A stretch of 64,000 nt of DNA from an uncultured Eubacteriales bacterium (GCA_900544555.1 UQWD01000008.1:14021-78020), one strand, 5' to 3'; numbered from the stretch's first letter, positions 9,900 through 23,343 are shown. Notes: generated by a model not told the origin, from the letters alone. A program made the numbers and translations.

Positions 9900-10742
9900 A
9901 TGAAAAAGGTTTTTATATTAGGCGCGGGGACCATGGGGCTGGACATAGCGCAGGCTTTTGCCGCCAACGGCTACGACGTAACGGTGCGCGACGTGAATGC
10001 GCAAATTATCGACAAGGCTTCCGCCAGGCTCCAAAAGGGGCTGATGAAGCGGGTAGAGCGCGGCAAGCTCGCTAAAGAGGATATGGATGCTTTGATTTCA
10101 TCCGTTCACTTTACTACCGAATTCGCGCCCGCAGCGGACGCGGAACTTGTGGTAGAGGCGATAATTGAAGACGTACAGGCCAAGCAAACGGTATTTAGCG
10201 AGCTGGACGGGATATGCGGCGGGCGTACGCTTTTTGCCACGAACACCTCATCCATTTCCGTAACGCAGATTGCCGCAGCCACAAAGCGGCCGGACAGGTT
10301 CATCGGCATGCATTTTTTCAATCCCGCTACCGTGATGAAGCTTGTTGAAGTGATACGCGGCGCGCATACGTCGGATGAAACGTTTAACGCGGTATGCTCG
10401 ATGGCCAGGGAAATCGGGAAAGAGCCTGTTGAAATACAGGAGGCTCCCGGTTTTGTGGTGAATCGGATACTGATACCCATGATCAACGAAGCCATAGGCA
10501 TCCATGCGGAGGGGATTGCTTCCGCGGAGGGGATCGACGCCGCGATGCGCCTTGGCTGCAACCATCCTATGGGTCCGCTGGCGCTTGGCGATTTGGTGGG
10601 GCTGGACGTTGTGCTGGCCATCATGGATACGCTTTACAAGGAGACGGGCGACGGTAAATACCGGGCGCACCCGAACCTGCGCAAAATGGTGCGCGGCGGG
10701 CTGCTCGGCAGAAAAACCGGCAAGGGGTTCTATACGTATTAA
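9900..10742 (+). CDS. hbd: 3-hydroxybutyryl-CoA dehydrogenase
   Basis: [13 protein letters not shown] Rossmann N-terminus; first ATG one nt after the crt stop; the ORF track's upstream extension lacks an RBS. Confidence 0.85.
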   Translation: MKKVFILGAGTMGLDIAQAFAANGYDVTVRDVNAQIIDKASARLQKGLMKRVERGKLAKEDMDALISSVHFTTEFAPAADAELVVEAIIEDVQAKQTVFSELDGICGGRTLFATNTSSISVTQIAAATKRPDRFIGMHFFNPATVMKLVEVIRGAHTSDETFNAVCSMAREIGKEPVEIQEAPGFVVNRILIPMINEAIGIHAEGIASAEGIDAAMRLGCNHPMGPLALGDLVGLDVVLAIMDTLYKETGDGKYRAHPNLRKMVRGGLLGRKTGKGFYTY

Positions 10743-11057
10743 GCGGCGGTATTTGGCGGATTATGACGGCTCTACCGAGCGATTCGTTTAAACGCGGGGC
10801 CGTAATCGCTATTGTCAGGCGGCCAAAAGAGCCGCCTGAGACTGCCTAACACCCTTTTTGTTTGGGGTATGGCGGGGTTCCCTGAAGGCTTTAATCGTTT
10901 GCGGACGTAAGGTTTTTAGTTATAATGGCTTTCCCCGCATGGGGCGTCGCAAGCGCAAACAACGCAAGCGCCCCGTGAGACTCTCAAAAAAGTAATATGG
11001 ACGCTTTTTTGATGACAGAGGCGGCCGGCGGCCGCCATAAACTGAGGAGGTTTTGTT

Positions 11058-12200
<1,143 letters not shown>

Positions 12201-12213
12201 GGGAGGGATTATC

Positions 12214-13005
12214 ATGAAAATCGTTGTTTGCATTAAGCAGGTTCCCGATACGACGGAGGTTAAGCTTGACCCCGTGAAAGGGACGCTGATACGCGAGGGC
12301 GTGCCGAGCATTATCAACCCGGACGATAAGGCCGGGCTTGAGGCCGCGCTTAATATAAAGGAGCGGTGCGGAGGAACGGTAGCCGTGGTATCCATGGGCC
12401 CGGCACAAGCGGACGCCGCCCTCAGGGAAGCGCTGGCTATGGGCGCCGACGAGGCGTACCTGATAACGGACAGGGCTTTTGGCGGGGCCGACACGTGGGC
12501 GACATCGTGTACCATCGCCGCCGCTGTTGAGAAGATCGGATATGATCTGATTATAACGGGGCGGCAGGCGATTGACGGCGATACCGCTCAGGTGGGGCCG
12601 CAGATAGCCGAACATCTTGGAATCCCTCAGGTCAGCTACGTGGAATCGATTGAGTCGGCAGAAGACGGGTGCCTTGTTGTGAGCCGCCAGTTTGAGGACA
12701 GGCGGCATATCCTTGAAGTAAAAACGCCCTGCCTGATGACGGCCCTGAGCGAACTGAACAAGCCGCGGTATATGAGCGTTTCCGGGGTATTTGACGCTTA
12801 CAGGGAAAAGCAGGTTCAGATACTCACAATGAAGGAGCTGGAGGATGTTCTCGATCCTTCAAATATCGGTCTTTCAGGTTCGCCCACGCGCGTTAAGCAG
12901 AGCTTTACCAAGCAGCCCAAGGGCAAGGGTGAGAAGATTGAAACCGGACCCGACGAGGCTGTGGAGCGTATAGTAAATGAGCTTGCGGCCAGGAACATCA
13001 TTTAG
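12214..13005 (+). CDS. etfB: Electron transfer flavoprotein beta subunit
   Basis: MKIVVCIKQVPDT N-terminus. Confidence 0.85.
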   Translation: MKIVVCIKQVPDTTEVKLDPVKGTLIREGVPSIINPDDKAGLEAALNIKERCGGTVAVVSMGPAQADAALREALAMGADEAYLITDRAFGGADTWATSCTIAAAVEKIGYDLIITGRQAIDGDTAQVGPQIAEHLGIPQVSYVESIESAEDGCLVVSRQFEDRRHILEVKTPCLMTALSELNKPRYMSVSGVFDAYREKQVQILTMKELEDVLDPSNIGLSGSPTRVKQSFTKQPKGKGEKIETGPDEAVERIVNELAARNII

Positions 13006-13022
13006 CTAAGGAGTGTGTAAAA

Positions 13023-14030
13023 ATGAGCGGAAGCATTCTAGTGTTTGCTGAACAGCGGGACGGGGAGCTGCAAAAGGTTTCGCTTGAGCTGATAGGAAAA
13101 GCCAGGGAGCTGGCTGCCGCGCGGGGCCTGAAGGTTATCGCCGCCTTGTTCGGACACGGCGTTTTGGATAAGGCCGCGGAACTCATCGCCTACGGCGCCG
13201 ACGAGGTGCTGGCGGCCGATCACCCGATTCTGTCCGAATATATGACCGAGCCCTACGCAAAGGCGATGACGGACGCGATTAAGGCGGCCGAGCCTGAAAT
13301 CGCGCTCTTTGGCGCGACCTCCATAGGCAGGGATCTGGCGCCGCGCGTGTCCGCCCGGATACATACCGGGCTGACGGCGGACTGCACCAGGCTGGAGATT
13401 GACGCGGATACGGGCTTGCTTTTAATGACGCGCCCGGCGTTTGGCGGAAACATCATGGCGACTATCGTCTGCGCGCAGCACCGGCCTCAGATGGCCACTG
13501 TACGCCCCGGCGTTATGAAAGCGCTTGAGAAGGATCCCGCGCGCGCCGGCGCGGTTACCCGGCTGGATACGGAATTTACGGAAGCGGACGCAAACGTGCG
13601 CATACGGCAGGTAGTACGGGGCGAAAAGAAGAGCGTTGACATAACCGGCGCGAAAATCCTGGTTTCCGGCGGGCGCGGGATAGGCAAGGCCGAAAATTTT
13701 GATATTCTCAGGAAGCTGGCGGACGCGCTCGGCGGGGAGGTTTCATCATCCCGCGCAAATGTGGACGCCGGCTGGGCTCAGCGAGACAGGCAGGTGGGGC
13801 AGACCGGGAAAACCGTACATCCCAAGCTTTATATCGCCTGCGGGATCTCCGGCGCGATACAGCATCTGGCGGGCATGGAGGAATCCGACTATATTATCGC
13901 GATAAACAAAAACAACACCGCCCCGATTTTCGATGTTGCGGATCTGGGCGTCGTGGGCGACTTAAACGTTATCGTTCCCAAGCTCACGGAGGCGATCCGG
14001 AAGTATAAATCGGATAAGGCCGTAAACTGA
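13023..14030 (+). CDS. etfA: Electron transfer flavoprotein alpha subunit
   Basis: 335 aa; FAD-binding C-terminal region. Confidence 0.85.
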   Translation: MSGSILVFAEQRDGELQKVSLELIGKARELAAARGLKVIAALFGHGVLDKAAELIAYGADEVLAADHPILSEYMTEPYAKAMTDAIKAAEPEIALFGATSIGRDLAPRVSARIHTGLTADCTRLEIDADTGLLLMTRPAFGGNIMATIVCAQHRPQMATVRPGVMKALEKDPARAGAVTRLDTEFTEADANVRIRQVVRGEKKSVDITGAKILVSGGRGIGKAENFDILRKLADALGGEVSSSRANVDAGWAQRDRQVGQTGKTVHPKLYIACGISGAIQHLAGMEESDYIIAINKNNTAPIFDVADLGVVGDLNVIVPKLTEAIRKYKSDKAVN

Positions 14031-14046
14031 GCTGAAGCAGTCGGCG

Positions 14047-14081
14047 GGTAATTGTTGCGGGCGGGCTTAAAGGCCACGCCC
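14047..14081 (+). terminator. Rho-independent terminator after etfA
   Basis: GC-rich stem (GGGCG.../...CGCCC) followed by T7. Confidence 0.6.
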
Positions 14082-14539
14082 GTGTTTTTTTATGCGCGAT
14101 AAAACAACGCTGGAAGCGCAAACATTTTTGCCGGTTCCTATCAAGCGCTTGCGAACAGTGCGGGGCGGGCCCCCGTTATTTTATAGGAAGGGCTAATTTT
14201 TGCCGGCGAAGCTGTAATTAATATCAATGCTCTGCCTCGGGCGGCGCGTTTGTCGTAGCCGCACTGATGCAAAAAAGTTCTTTAATCATTTGCGTAGAAT
14301 CGCGGCGGTAAGGAAAGGAATGCTATCGCCTGTTTAAATACTGTGTACCCGAAGGCATAACCATATACAATATCTGCATTTGCGTTTTATGAAATATTAT
14401 GATAACTTTAAATAGTTGTATTGTAACGCCTATACACACAATGCGCGTATTTTGCTTAAAGCTTATACGGAAAAAACGGGCGCAAGCGGTGAGCATGCCC
14501 TCCGCTGCAATATAAAAATACCATCTAGGAGGTAAACCT

Positions 14540-14920
14540 ATGTCAAAATCCTCAACCCTGCTTAAGGTAGTAAGCATACTGCTAATCATCTTTGGCGCTA
14601 TTTCCGCCGTCACCGGACTGCTTGGCGTTTTGGGTAGCGCGGCGATAACGGCGCTTGGCGCCGGCGGCCTTGGCGCGATCCTTATCGTCGTAACCATTAT
14701 ATCCTGCCTCATCGGAATTATTGAGATTATTGCGGGCGTAAAGGGCGTTAAAGGTACCAATATGGCGTCTTGTAAAAAATGGGCTGTCGTAATTTTGGTC
14801 ATCAGCGCGATTGGCCTGATACTTTCTATCATTGGCAGCTCGTTTAGCTGGATGACTATCGGCAGCCTTGTCTTGGCAATACTTTATTTCATAGGCGCGA
14901 ATCAGGCGCAGGGAGCATAA
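14540..14920 (+). CDS. Small hydrophobic membrane protein with a Gly/Ala-rich TM segment, function unknown
   Basis: 126 aa, 3-4 predicted TM segments; RBS AGGAGG; flanked by AT-rich DNA. Confidence 0.5.
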   Translation: MSKSSTLLKVVSILLIIFGAISAVTGLLGVLGSAAITALGAGGLGAILIVVTIISCLIGIIEIIAGVKGVKGTNMASCKKWAVVILVISAIGLILSIIGSSFSWMTIGSLVLAILYFIGANQAQGA

Positions 14921-14930
14921 TAAATACGGA

Positions 14931-14958
14931 AGCGCGGCCATGGTATGCTGGCCGCGCT
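14931..14958. other. Perfect 10-bp stem hairpin (AGCGCGGCCA / TGGCCGCGCT) between convergent genes
   Basis: Seen directly; A-rich 5' flank, so it could terminate transcripts from either strand. Confidence 0.45.
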
Positions 14959-15488
14959 AACTATACTGTTTAGCTAACCGCAGATGAGAATTTAATACAT
15001 ATAAACACTAATTAAAGCCTCCTCTAATATTAAGCAATACGGATCTTAGGCCTTAAGGATTTTAATAAAGCACGCAGTGAAATATGGTAAAGTTTTTCTA
15101 AATCACAGTAAATAAGCGAATAATAGAACAAATCTCTGATGCTTAGATAAAGCTGTTTCGTAACCCGCTTAACAGTAATACGGGCAAAAGGCGCTCCGCC
15201 TTTCACCCGTTACTAATTATGGATGCCCGCTAACCATTATAAAAGCAGGATATAATACTATATTATCAGCCGCAAAAACAAAGCGGCTTGATTAAAACGA
15301 TCATCATACACGCGGCTTAATCGCATATAGCAGAATTACCTGGTTCTCAAGCCTTTGCCTTAGGCTGAATCGGCAACAGAACCTCTCTTATGGCAAAGGT
15401 AGCTTAACTTTCACCTCGGTGTTCTCGATTGCCCCAGCCTAATAAATTCGATACCGGGAGAAACAAAAGCATACTTTAAAACCGCTGT

Positions 15489-17465
15489 TTACTCGCCGCG
15501 CATGACCGCGCGCGCAGCCTCGGCCACAGCTTCCGGCGTGAAGCCGTATTCCCGGAACAGCACGGGAGCGGGGGCGGACGCGCCGAAATGATCAATCGAG
15601 ATTACTTTTCCGTCAAGCCCTGTAAACTCACTCCAGCCGAGCGGCGAGCCCGCTTCAACAGCTATGCGCGCGCGCACATTGCCGGGCAAAACGCTATCGC
15701 GGTATCCTTTATCCTGCATACTAAAAAGCGTAGGCGAGGGCATGCTGACAACGCGCGCCGCGCATCCCTTTTCGGATAGCATTTCGGCGGCCTTAACAAT
15801 AAGCTCCACCTCGGAACCCGACGCCATAAGAATAACATCCGGTTCGCCCAAAGAATCGCGAAGAATATAGCCGCCGCGGGCCGCGCCCCGGCCGGAGCCC
15901 GCGAGCTGCGGCAGGTTCTGGCGCGAGAGGGCGAATACGCTGGGGCAGCGCGATTCGAGCGCGGCCGAATAGCACGCAGCCGTCTCGCGCGCGTCTGCGG
16001 GCCTGAAAACCAGTACGCCGGGTATGGCTCGCAAAGAAGCCAAATGCTCGATGGGCTGATGGGTAGGCCCGTCCTCGCCGACGCCTATGCTGTCGTGCGT
16101 GAGGATATACATTACGGGTAGCTTCATCAGGGCGGATAAGCGGAGAGCCGGCTTGAGGTAATCAGAAAATACCAGGAACGTCGCGCAATATGCGCGAAGC
16201 CCGCCATAAAGCGCCATGCCGTTGCACGCGGCGGCCATAGCGAACTCGCGTATGCCGAAATGGATATTGCGGCCTTCGGGATGCTCCATGGAAAAATCGC
16301 CCTTGCCGTTCAGATAAGATTTGTTGGACGGCGCAAGATCGGCGGAGCCCCCGAACAGGTTGGGAAGGTTATTCGCGAGCATGTTCAGAAGTTCGCCTGA
16401 GGACGCGCGCGTGGCCTGAGGGCCATTCGCCTGCCAGGCGTCAAGTTCCTGCTTTAAGCTCTCAGGCACTTCGGCTGAAAGCCATTTTTCCCACTGAGCA
16501 TAAAGCTCGGGAAACTGCGCCTGATATCGCCTCATCATGGCGTTATAGCTTTCCTCCTCCTGCTGGTACTTAGGCAAAAACGCGTTAAAATGCGCGTAAA
16601 CATCGCTTGGGACTACGAATGGCTCGTGCTCCCAGCCCATGCTTTCGCGCATAAGCCGGATATTTTCCTCGCCAAGCGGCTCCCCATGCGCGCTGGCTTT
16701 ACCCTCTTTTGCGGTGCCGTGCGCGATATTGGTGCTTACAATAATCAGCGTTGGACGCAGGGGTTCGTCCTTGGCGAGCGCAATCGCGGTGGAGACAGCG
16801 TTGATATCCTCGCCTTTATCCACGGTAATTACCTGCCAGTTAAGGGCGGTGAAGCGCGCGGCAACGTTCTCAGTAAAGGCGATATCCGTTTGCCCCTCAA
16901 TCGTAATGCGGTTGCTGTCATAAAGCGCTATCAGCTTTGAAAGGCCCAGCGTACCCGCGAGAGAGGCGGCTTCGGCGGTAACGCCCTCCATCATGCAGCC
17001 GTCGCCCATAAGCGTATAGGTGTAGTTATTCACTATTTCAAAGCCGGGGCGGTTGAAAACCGCGGCCATGTGCTTTTCGGCCATCGCCATGCCCACAGCC
17101 ATCGCAAAGCCCTGCCCAAGCGGTCCGGTGGTTGCCTCGACGCCGGGCGTATGTCCATATTCCGGGTGGCCGGGAGTTTTGCTGCCCCATTGCCGGAACT
17201 GTTTGATATCGTCAATCGTCACATCGTAGCCGAACAGGTGCAGCAATGCATACTCGAGCATGGATGCGTGGCCGGCCGAAAGAATGAAACGGTCCCTACC
17301 GTACCAGCCGGGGTTTTTAGGGTTATGCTTCATCTGGCACCATAGCGCGTAGGCCATCGGCGCTGAGCCGATGGGCAGACCGGGATGCCCGCTGTTGGCT
17401 TTTTGTATCGCGTCTGCGGCCAGTAAGCGTATGGCGTTGACAGCCCTTTGCTCAACTGCTTTCAT
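15489..17465 (-). CDS. tkt: Transketolase
   Basis: 658 aa; TPP-binding motifs ([12 protein letters not shown]). Confidence 0.9.
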   Translation of the reverse strand: MKAVEQRAVNAIRLLAADAIQKANSGHPGLPIGSAPMAYALWCQMKHNPKNPGWYGRDRFILSAGHASMLEYALLHLFGYDVTIDDIKQFRQWGSKTPGHPEYGHTPGVEATTGPLGQGFAMAVGMAMAEKHMAAVFNRPGFEIVNNYTYTLMGDGCMMEGVTAEAASLAGTLGLSKLIALYDSNRITIEGQTDIAFTENVAARFTALNWQVITVDKGEDINAVSTAIALAKDEPLRPTLIIVSTNIAHGTAKEGKASAHGEPLGEENIRLMRESMGWEHEPFVVPSDVYAHFNAFLPKYQQEEESYNAMMRRYQAQFPELYAQWEKWLSAEVPESLKQELDAWQANGPQATRASSGELLNMLANNLPNLFGGSADLAPSNKSYLNGKGDFSMEHPEGRNIHFGIREFAMAAACNGMALYGGLRAYCATFLVFSDYLKPALRLSALMKLPVMYILTHDSIGVGEDGPTHQPIEHLASLRAIPGVLVFRPADARETAACYSAALESRCPSVFALSRQNLPQLAGSGRGAARGGYILRDSLGEPDVILMASGSEVELIVKAAEMLSEKGCAARVVSMPSPTLFSMQDKGYRDSVLPGNVRARIAVEAGSPLGWSEFTGLDGKVISIDHFGASAPAPVLFREYGFTPEAVAEAARAVMRGE

Positions 17466-17640
17466 ATTTCCTCCTTTAACTGACGGAAAAATTCAATTTG
17501 CTATCTTATCATATCACAGCGCCTACAAGAATTAAAGCTTGTAAGCTCCCGCTTATTTGGCGAAGCTTTTTCATAATATTGAACTTTTGAAGTCACAACC
17601 CCAAACTTTTGCATAAGATGGTGACAGGAGGGATGCCATT

Positions 17641-18927
17641 ATGCAGATTCATGTCGTACAATCCGGACAATCGCTATACTCTATCTCAAGGGCCTACGGC
17701 ATTTCGGTTGCACAAATCGCCACGGCCAACCAGATTAACCCCGCGAATACGCTGGTCGTAGGCCAGGCGTTGGTGATTCCCATAACCGGGATGTATTATT
17801 TTGTACAGCCGGGAGATTCGCTCTTTACAATTGGAAGAAGATTCGGGATAAACCCCGTGCGGCTTGCGCAGATAAACGGGATCAATATCAACACACCGAT
17901 TCTGCTTGGTCAGCGCCTCTATATTCCGCCCCGGATGAAAAGGGAGATTGAAACCAACGCTTACGCAGAGGCGAACAACGGCGTTTTTTCGCAGTCGGTG
18001 CTCGCGTCGGCAATGGAGAACGCGCCGCTCCTCACTTACATCGCGCCGTTCAGCTTTGAGGCAAGGGCGGATGGAAGCCTTGCCACATTTGATGTATCTG
18101 AGCTCAAAAGCACAATCGCCGGAAGCGAGGCCGCTCTTATGATGGCCGTGACCAACCTTGAAAATGGTCGTTTCAGCGACACGCTGGGGCAGGCCATCCT
18201 TACCGACAGTGCGGTACAGGATACGCTGCTCGACAACATTATAGCAACCGCGCGTGAAGTCGGCTTTAAGGACGTGCATTTTGACTTTGAATACCTCAGG
18301 CCGGAGGATCGGGAAAATTACAACGCGTTCTTAAGAAAAGCGTCCGCCCGCCTCCATGAGGAGGGTCTTTTGATGTCCACGGCGCTGGCCCCCAAAACAA
18401 GCGCGACGCAAACGGGGCCGTGGTATTCCGCGCACGATTATCGCGTACACGGGGAGGTTGCGGACTTTGTGGTGATTATGACCTATGAATGGGGGTACAG
18501 CGCGGGGCCGCCCATGCCCGTTTCCCCGATTGGGCCGGTCAGGGAAGTCCTCCAATATGCGAAAACCGAAATCCCGGCGGAGAAGATTATGATGGGGCAA
18601 AACCTTTACGGGTATGATTGGACGCTGCCGTATGTACAGGGCGGAGAATATGCGCGCGCTTTAAGCCCGCAGGCTGCTATCGATTTAGCACGCGAAAGGG
18701 GGGCCGTGATTGAGTACGACTATGAAGCCCAGGCGCCCTTTTTCCGTTATTGGGATTCGACACCAAAGGAACACATTGTTTGGTTTGAGGACGCCAGATC
18801 CATAAACGCGAAATTCGACCTGCTCATAGAATTGGGCCTTAGGGGAATAAGCTATTGGAAGCTTGGCCTGCCGTTCCCGCAGAACTGGCTGCTGCTCGAG
18901 GATCGGTTCAACATCATCAAGCGATAG
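17641..18927 (+). CDS. LysM-domain glycoside hydrolase family 18 protein (YaaH/SleL-like spore peptidoglycan hydrolase)
   Basis: Two N-terminal LysM repeats; GH18 DFDFE catalytic motif. Confidence 0.75.
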   Translation: MQIHVVQSGQSLYSISRAYGISVAQIATANQINPANTLVVGQALVIPITGMYYFVQPGDSLFTIGRRFGINPVRLAQINGININTPILLGQRLYIPPRMKREIETNAYAEANNGVFSQSVLASAMENAPLLTYIAPFSFEARADGSLATFDVSELKSTIAGSEAALMMAVTNLENGRFSDTLGQAILTDSAVQDTLLDNIIATAREVGFKDVHFDFEYLRPEDRENYNAFLRKASARLHEEGLLMSTALAPKTSATQTGPWYSAHDYRVHGEVADFVVIMTYEWGYSAGPPMPVSPIGPVREVLQYAKTEIPAEKIMMGQNLYGYDWTLPYVQGGEYARALSPQAAIDLARERGAVIEYDYEAQAPFFRYWDSTPKEHIVWFEDARSINAKFDLLIELGLRGISYWKLGLPFPQNWLLLEDRFNIIKR

Positions 18928-18999
18928 ATTCAGTCGAATAACAATCCTTGAAGGGTTTTGTGTTTTATACGAATTAGTGAACGAGCCCAATGGCCTACC

Positions 19000-19026
19000 C
19001 GCGCTCCCGGTTAGCCGGGGGCGCGC
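19000..19026 (+). repeat. REP-like palindromic element, copy 1
   Basis: CGCGCTCCCGG-TTAG-CCGGGGGCGCGC, a 12-bp stem hairpin. Confidence 0.6.
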
Positions 19027-19222
19027 CAGTGTGGATAAAGTGGCTGCGCCACGTTTTTCGAGTTAACACAAAGCGCTTTTACATTGGCGCGGTCAGCGCC
19101 CCGTGCAAAGAAACCCTTGCTGCATAAGGCATTCCGAATCTGACGCACATATCGTCAGGTTCGGTTGAAAGCCTATGGGGGGGCGGCTCCGACCCTATCC
19201 CCGGTTTTTTTTGACAGTCTGC

Positions 19223-19249
19223 CGCACTCCCGGTTAGCCGGGGGCGCGC
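19223..19249 (+). repeat. REP-like palindromic element, copy 2 (26/27 identical to copy 1)
   Basis: Same sequence seen directly, 223 bp downstream, in direct orientation. Confidence 0.6.
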
Positions 19250-19939
19250 GCAGGTTACGTATACGGCGCGCTGAATTGCGCAACTTCTTCCGCTTTTATA
19301 TTCGGGCTTGTCGTGCGCCTTTATGAGCTTTCGCCGGCCGCCCGTTCAGCCATCTAGGTCGCGGCGATTAGCAACACGTCAAATGTGAAATCTAAAACCC
19401 TGATCAGCCCCATTGAACTTTATGCGGGTATTACTCAATGAGATAGCATTGAGGGGGAGGCGGAGCGCTCTAAAAATACATGCGCTAAACCTTCCTCATA
19501 AACCGACCGATGCACGGGACGATAAACGCCGCCGACAACTGAAATGATAACATTCATGTTAAAAAAAATGATTCCTAATATACATAAACCACATGAATAT
19601 TTCGCTCCTTCCTCGGTTTTAAAATGGACGTTATAATAGCGCAATGCCGATGCGATAGACCTGGAAACCGGAAATTCTACTTGAAAAGAGGTTATAAAGG
19701 GGCGATTACGCCAAATACACGGCTGTTGTAAATTACAGCTGCTTTTGAATCTAAAGCGGGGTGGTAAGAAGTAATACAAATAATCAGATCACTTGTACAA
19801 AAACATGTTTATATGCTCTTGAACACAATGCGTTTATATGATAATTTATAAATGTATAAAATGCTGCGAAAGCGGTTTGATAGTATGGCGCTGAAGGAAA
19901 GATATAGCGAATTTAGTATAAAAGACAGAGGCGATTAGT

Positions 19940-20644
19940 ATGAAAAAAGTAATTAATATACTGCTCTTTTTGCTTATTCTTATCAGCCTAAACGGCTGCG
20001 ATAGGCCCGAGTGTGAGGAATGGGGATTGGGTAAAAATGAAACTGCGCATGTCAGCCTTAGCAGGGATTACGATTGGTACATCGACCAGAAAAATACGAG
20101 TGACTATTCATATTATAACTGCGGCCCTTCCTGCGCCGTTATGGCGGCGAAGTGGGCGGATAAGGATTTCCCCCTATCCGTTGAGGATGCGAGGAAAACC
20201 TATTATAACGCTGACAACGGTTTTGAGTGGTATCTCTCATCTATTAAGTATTTTTTGTTTATAAATGATATCCCCAACGTTTTGAAATATAATATTTCTC
20301 ACGAAGCGGTTATCGAATGCCTCGACGAGGGGAATATTATAATCGTTTGCTACAATACCAAAGATATTAGTTATAATCATGAGCCGGAACTACGAACGGG
20401 TAAATTCTATCGCGGCCATTTCGGTCATTTCATGATTTTAAAAGGTTACCGCATAGTTGACAATAAGACTTTTTATGAAGTTTATGATCCGAACAGTTTA
20501 AACCGATTTTATGCAGACAATACGCCAAAGGGAAAGGACCGATATTATTTGTCAGATGAAGTTATCAAGGCTGCACGGAACTGGGATCCAAATTATATTG
20601 TTGTTTCTCCAAAGACGACTCCTGATTCAGATGAGAAAGGCTAA
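19940..20644 (+). CDS. Lipoprotein with a C39-like (papain-fold) cysteine peptidase domain
   Basis: Signal peptide plus lipobox LNGC; NCGPSCAVMAAKW Cys motif; GHFGHF His motif; lies in an AT-rich island. Confidence 0.55.
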   Translation: MKKVINILLFLLILISLNGCDRPECEEWGLGKNETAHVSLSRDYDWYIDQKNTSDYSYYNCGPSCAVMAAKWADKDFPLSVEDARKTYYNADNGFEWYLSSIKYFLFINDIPNVLKYNISHEAVIECLDEGNIIIVCYNTKDISYNHEPELRTGKFYRGHFGHFMILKGYRIVDNKTFYEVYDPNSLNRFYADNTPKGKDRYYLSDEVIKAARNWDPNYIVVSPKTTPDSDEKG

Positions 20645-21170
20645 AATCATGATATTAATCAACAGTTTGAGGATGGAAAGATTTATATAATAGTTGGGAG
20701 TAATTGTTGCGGTTTACAATATGCTCAGGTAAAAAAGATCAAAGTGATTATTTCGTTTTTCTAATTATGGTATTATTATTTATTGGCTATCTTTATGCAT
20801 CTATAATATTGATTATTTCCGGCGCTAATCCCCGCCTTTTACATTCCCGCTTTTTATGCTGCTATTTATTGAAATAATTAACTCAAATAATATTTAATCC
20901 CTGATTTTTGCGTTCGTATTGTTTCTCATTTATTATGTTTTATCCTTAATGATAAAATATCCCGTGGCTAGGAGAAAAAAACGAGTTAAGAAAAATACGC
21001 TCGTAAGACGCGGCATAAAAAGATTGCTCGGATTACGTTAAGAATATTATTTGTTGTATTGCGTTCTACGTACGAGAATCGGCACCGGCGGCATAGTAAT
21101 TGATAATGAATACATCTTTAAAAATTAACGCATAATAGCAATAAATACAATTAAAGGTAGGTAGTGTATT

Positions 21171-23204
21171 GTGATAAATTCAAATCAAACGCCCAATAAA
21201 CTAATAAACGAAAAATCGCCTTATCTGCTTCAGCATGCTTATAATCCTGTGCAGTGGTATCCGTGGGGTGAAGAGGCGTTTGCTAAAGCAAAGCAAGAGA
21301 ACAAGCCTATTTTTCTGAGTATCGGGTACAGCACCTGCCATTGGTGCCATGTGATGGAACGCGAATCCTTTGAGGATCAGGAGGTGGCGAGCCTACTTAA
21401 TGAAAAATTTGTCGCCATCAAGGTGGACAGGGAGGAGCGCCCCGATATCGACAGCGTGTATATGGAAGCGTGCCAGAGAATGACCGGTCAGGGAGGATGG
21501 CCGCTCACCATAGTGATGACGCCCGGGCAAAACCCGTTTTATGCAGCCACGTATCTGCCCAAACGCAGCGAATGGGGCGGGGGCCTTATGGAGGTTCTCA
21601 GCTTGATTGCTGAGAAGTGGAACGCAAACCCTAAAAGCCTGGAATCTTTCGGAGAGAAGGTTCGCGAAGCGCTGGGGGAGGAGGAGCAGCTTAAGAAAGG
21701 GAATGATAAGGAAGGAATCATCCAATCCGCTTATCAATCCATACGCGCGTCGTTTGATAATCATTATGGCGGCTTTGGCTCCGCGCCGAAATTCCCAACG
21801 CCTCACCGTATCATGTTTTTGCTCCGTTATCATAAGCTTACGCGCGACGAGGACGCGCTGAAAATGGCGCTAAAAACGCTTAAAAGCATGTATCGGGGCG
21901 GCATGTTTGATCATATTGGCTATGGGTTTTCACGGTATTCCACCGACGATAAATGGCTTATTCCACATTTTGAAAAGATGCTGTACGATAACGCGCTCCT
22001 TGCGCTTGCGTATTTGGAGGCGTTTCAGATTACAGGGGATGCGTTTTACGCTGAGACGGCGGAAAAAACGCTTTCTTACATGGAAGCGGAGTTAAGGGAT
22101 GAGCTCGGCGGATTTCACAGCGCCCAGGACGCTGACAGCAACGGCATTGAAGGGCTTTTCTACGCGTTTACGCCGGATGAAGCGCTTAAGGTTCTTGGAG
22201 AGCGCGACGGAGAATTCTGGAACAATGCGTACGGCGTCCGCAAGGAAGGCAATTTTGAGGGTAAATCCATCCCAAACCTTCTTTTTGGGGATTTGGACGA
22301 GCATGCTAAGAGGCGGCTTGAATCGATGAGGGAAAGAATGCTTTCTTACCGAAAAAACCGTTTTAATTTGCATAAAGACGATAAGATGCTCTGTTCATGG
22401 AACGCAATGGCTGCCGCCGCGTTTTTCAGGGCTGGATACGCGCTTGACAGGCCCGGCCTGATTCAGGCCGCCGAAAAGACCATGCGGTTTATCAACGAAC
22501 GCTTGACGAACGAACAGGGGGGGCTTTACGCCGCGTGCAGGAACGGTAAAGCCTACGGCGCGGGGCGGCTGGACGATTACGCCTTTTTATCGTGGGCCGC
22601 GCTCGAGGGCTACGACGCAACCCTCAACGCGCGGTATTTGGAACAGGCGGCGCGGCTGTGCTCAACCATGCTGTCGGATTTTTTTAACGAGGAGCAGGGC
22701 GGGTTCTACTTATACGGTAAAACTCAGGAAAAACTTATTACCAGGCCGCGAGATACATACGACGGAGCAATACCTTCTGGAAACAGCGTTTGCGCATATA
22801 CTCTTTACCGAACCGCCAGGCTGACGGGCGACGCGGCGATTGAACGGGGCGCAAGGAAACAGGCGGAGTTTATGGCGGGCCGCGCCGCGGATTATCCATC
22901 CGGACACTGCTTTGGCCTGATAGCGCTTATGCCGTATGTTTATGGCGCGCGCGAAATCGTATGCGTCGCCCCGGATGAACGGGAGGCGGAGCGGATAGCC
23001 GCCGAGAGGCGCGGCCGGTTTTTCCCGTTTACCAGCTTTATAATAAAAACGGAGGGGGATCGCGCGCTGAGAAACGCCGCCGCATTTACGGAACGGTATC
23101 ATCTTATCGGTGACGAGGCGGCGTTCTACCTTTGCAGCGACCAAGCATGCGGCGCGCCGGTAGCCGGGCTTCAAGCGTTTAAAAAAATGCTGGATGAAGA
23201 ATAA
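21171..23204 (+). CDS. Thioredoxin-domain protein YyaL (DUF255 N-terminus plus six-hairpin glycosidase-like domain)
   Basis: [19 protein letters not shown] motif; 677 aa; GTG start. Confidence 0.75.
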   Translation: MINSNQTPNKLINEKSPYLLQHAYNPVQWYPWGEEAFAKAKQENKPIFLSIGYSTCHWCHVMERESFEDQEVASLLNEKFVAIKVDREERPDIDSVYMEACQRMTGQGGWPLTIVMTPGQNPFYAATYLPKRSEWGGGLMEVLSLIAEKWNANPKSLESFGEKVREALGEEEQLKKGNDKEGIIQSAYQSIRASFDNHYGGFGSAPKFPTPHRIMFLLRYHKLTRDEDALKMALKTLKSMYRGGMFDHIGYGFSRYSTDDKWLIPHFEKMLYDNALLALAYLEAFQITGDAFYAETAEKTLSYMEAELRDELGGFHSAQDADSNGIEGLFYAFTPDEALKVLGERDGEFWNNAYGVRKEGNFEGKSIPNLLFGDLDEHAKRRLESMRERMLSYRKNRFNLHKDDKMLCSWNAMAAAAFFRAGYALDRPGLIQAAEKTMRFINERLTNEQGGLYAACRNGKAYGAGRLDDYAFLSWAALEGYDATLNARYLEQAARLCSTMLSDFFNEEQGGFYLYGKTQEKLITRPRDTYDGAIPSGNSVCAYTLYRTARLTGDAAIERGARKQAEFMAGRAADYPSGHCFGLIALMPYVYGAREIVCVAPDEREAERIAAERRGRFFPFTSFIIKTEGDRALRNAAAFTERYHLIGDEAAFYLCSDQACGAPVAGLQAFKKMLDEE

Positions 23205-23343
23205 AGTGAATTGCAAAATCAATGGCACGCGTCTATGATAGTACCAGATAATCACGCCCCTCCTGCGCATTTTATGGATGTGTTAAGCAAACAATTTTAT
23301 CCGGTTAAACGCCGGGTATAAGCGGGGCTGGGAGGTTATAAGG

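Noticed and set aside
19170-19212. Possible terminator GGGGGGCGGCTCCGACCCTATCCCCGG plus T8
   Set aside because: The stem pairing is poor. The T-run more likely belongs to the flank of REP-like copy 2.
19435-19779. 114-aa minus-strand ORF in the AT-rich island
   Set aside because: Low-complexity, aromatic and Cys-rich translation; no RBS; no similarity to anything recognisable. Probably non-coding.
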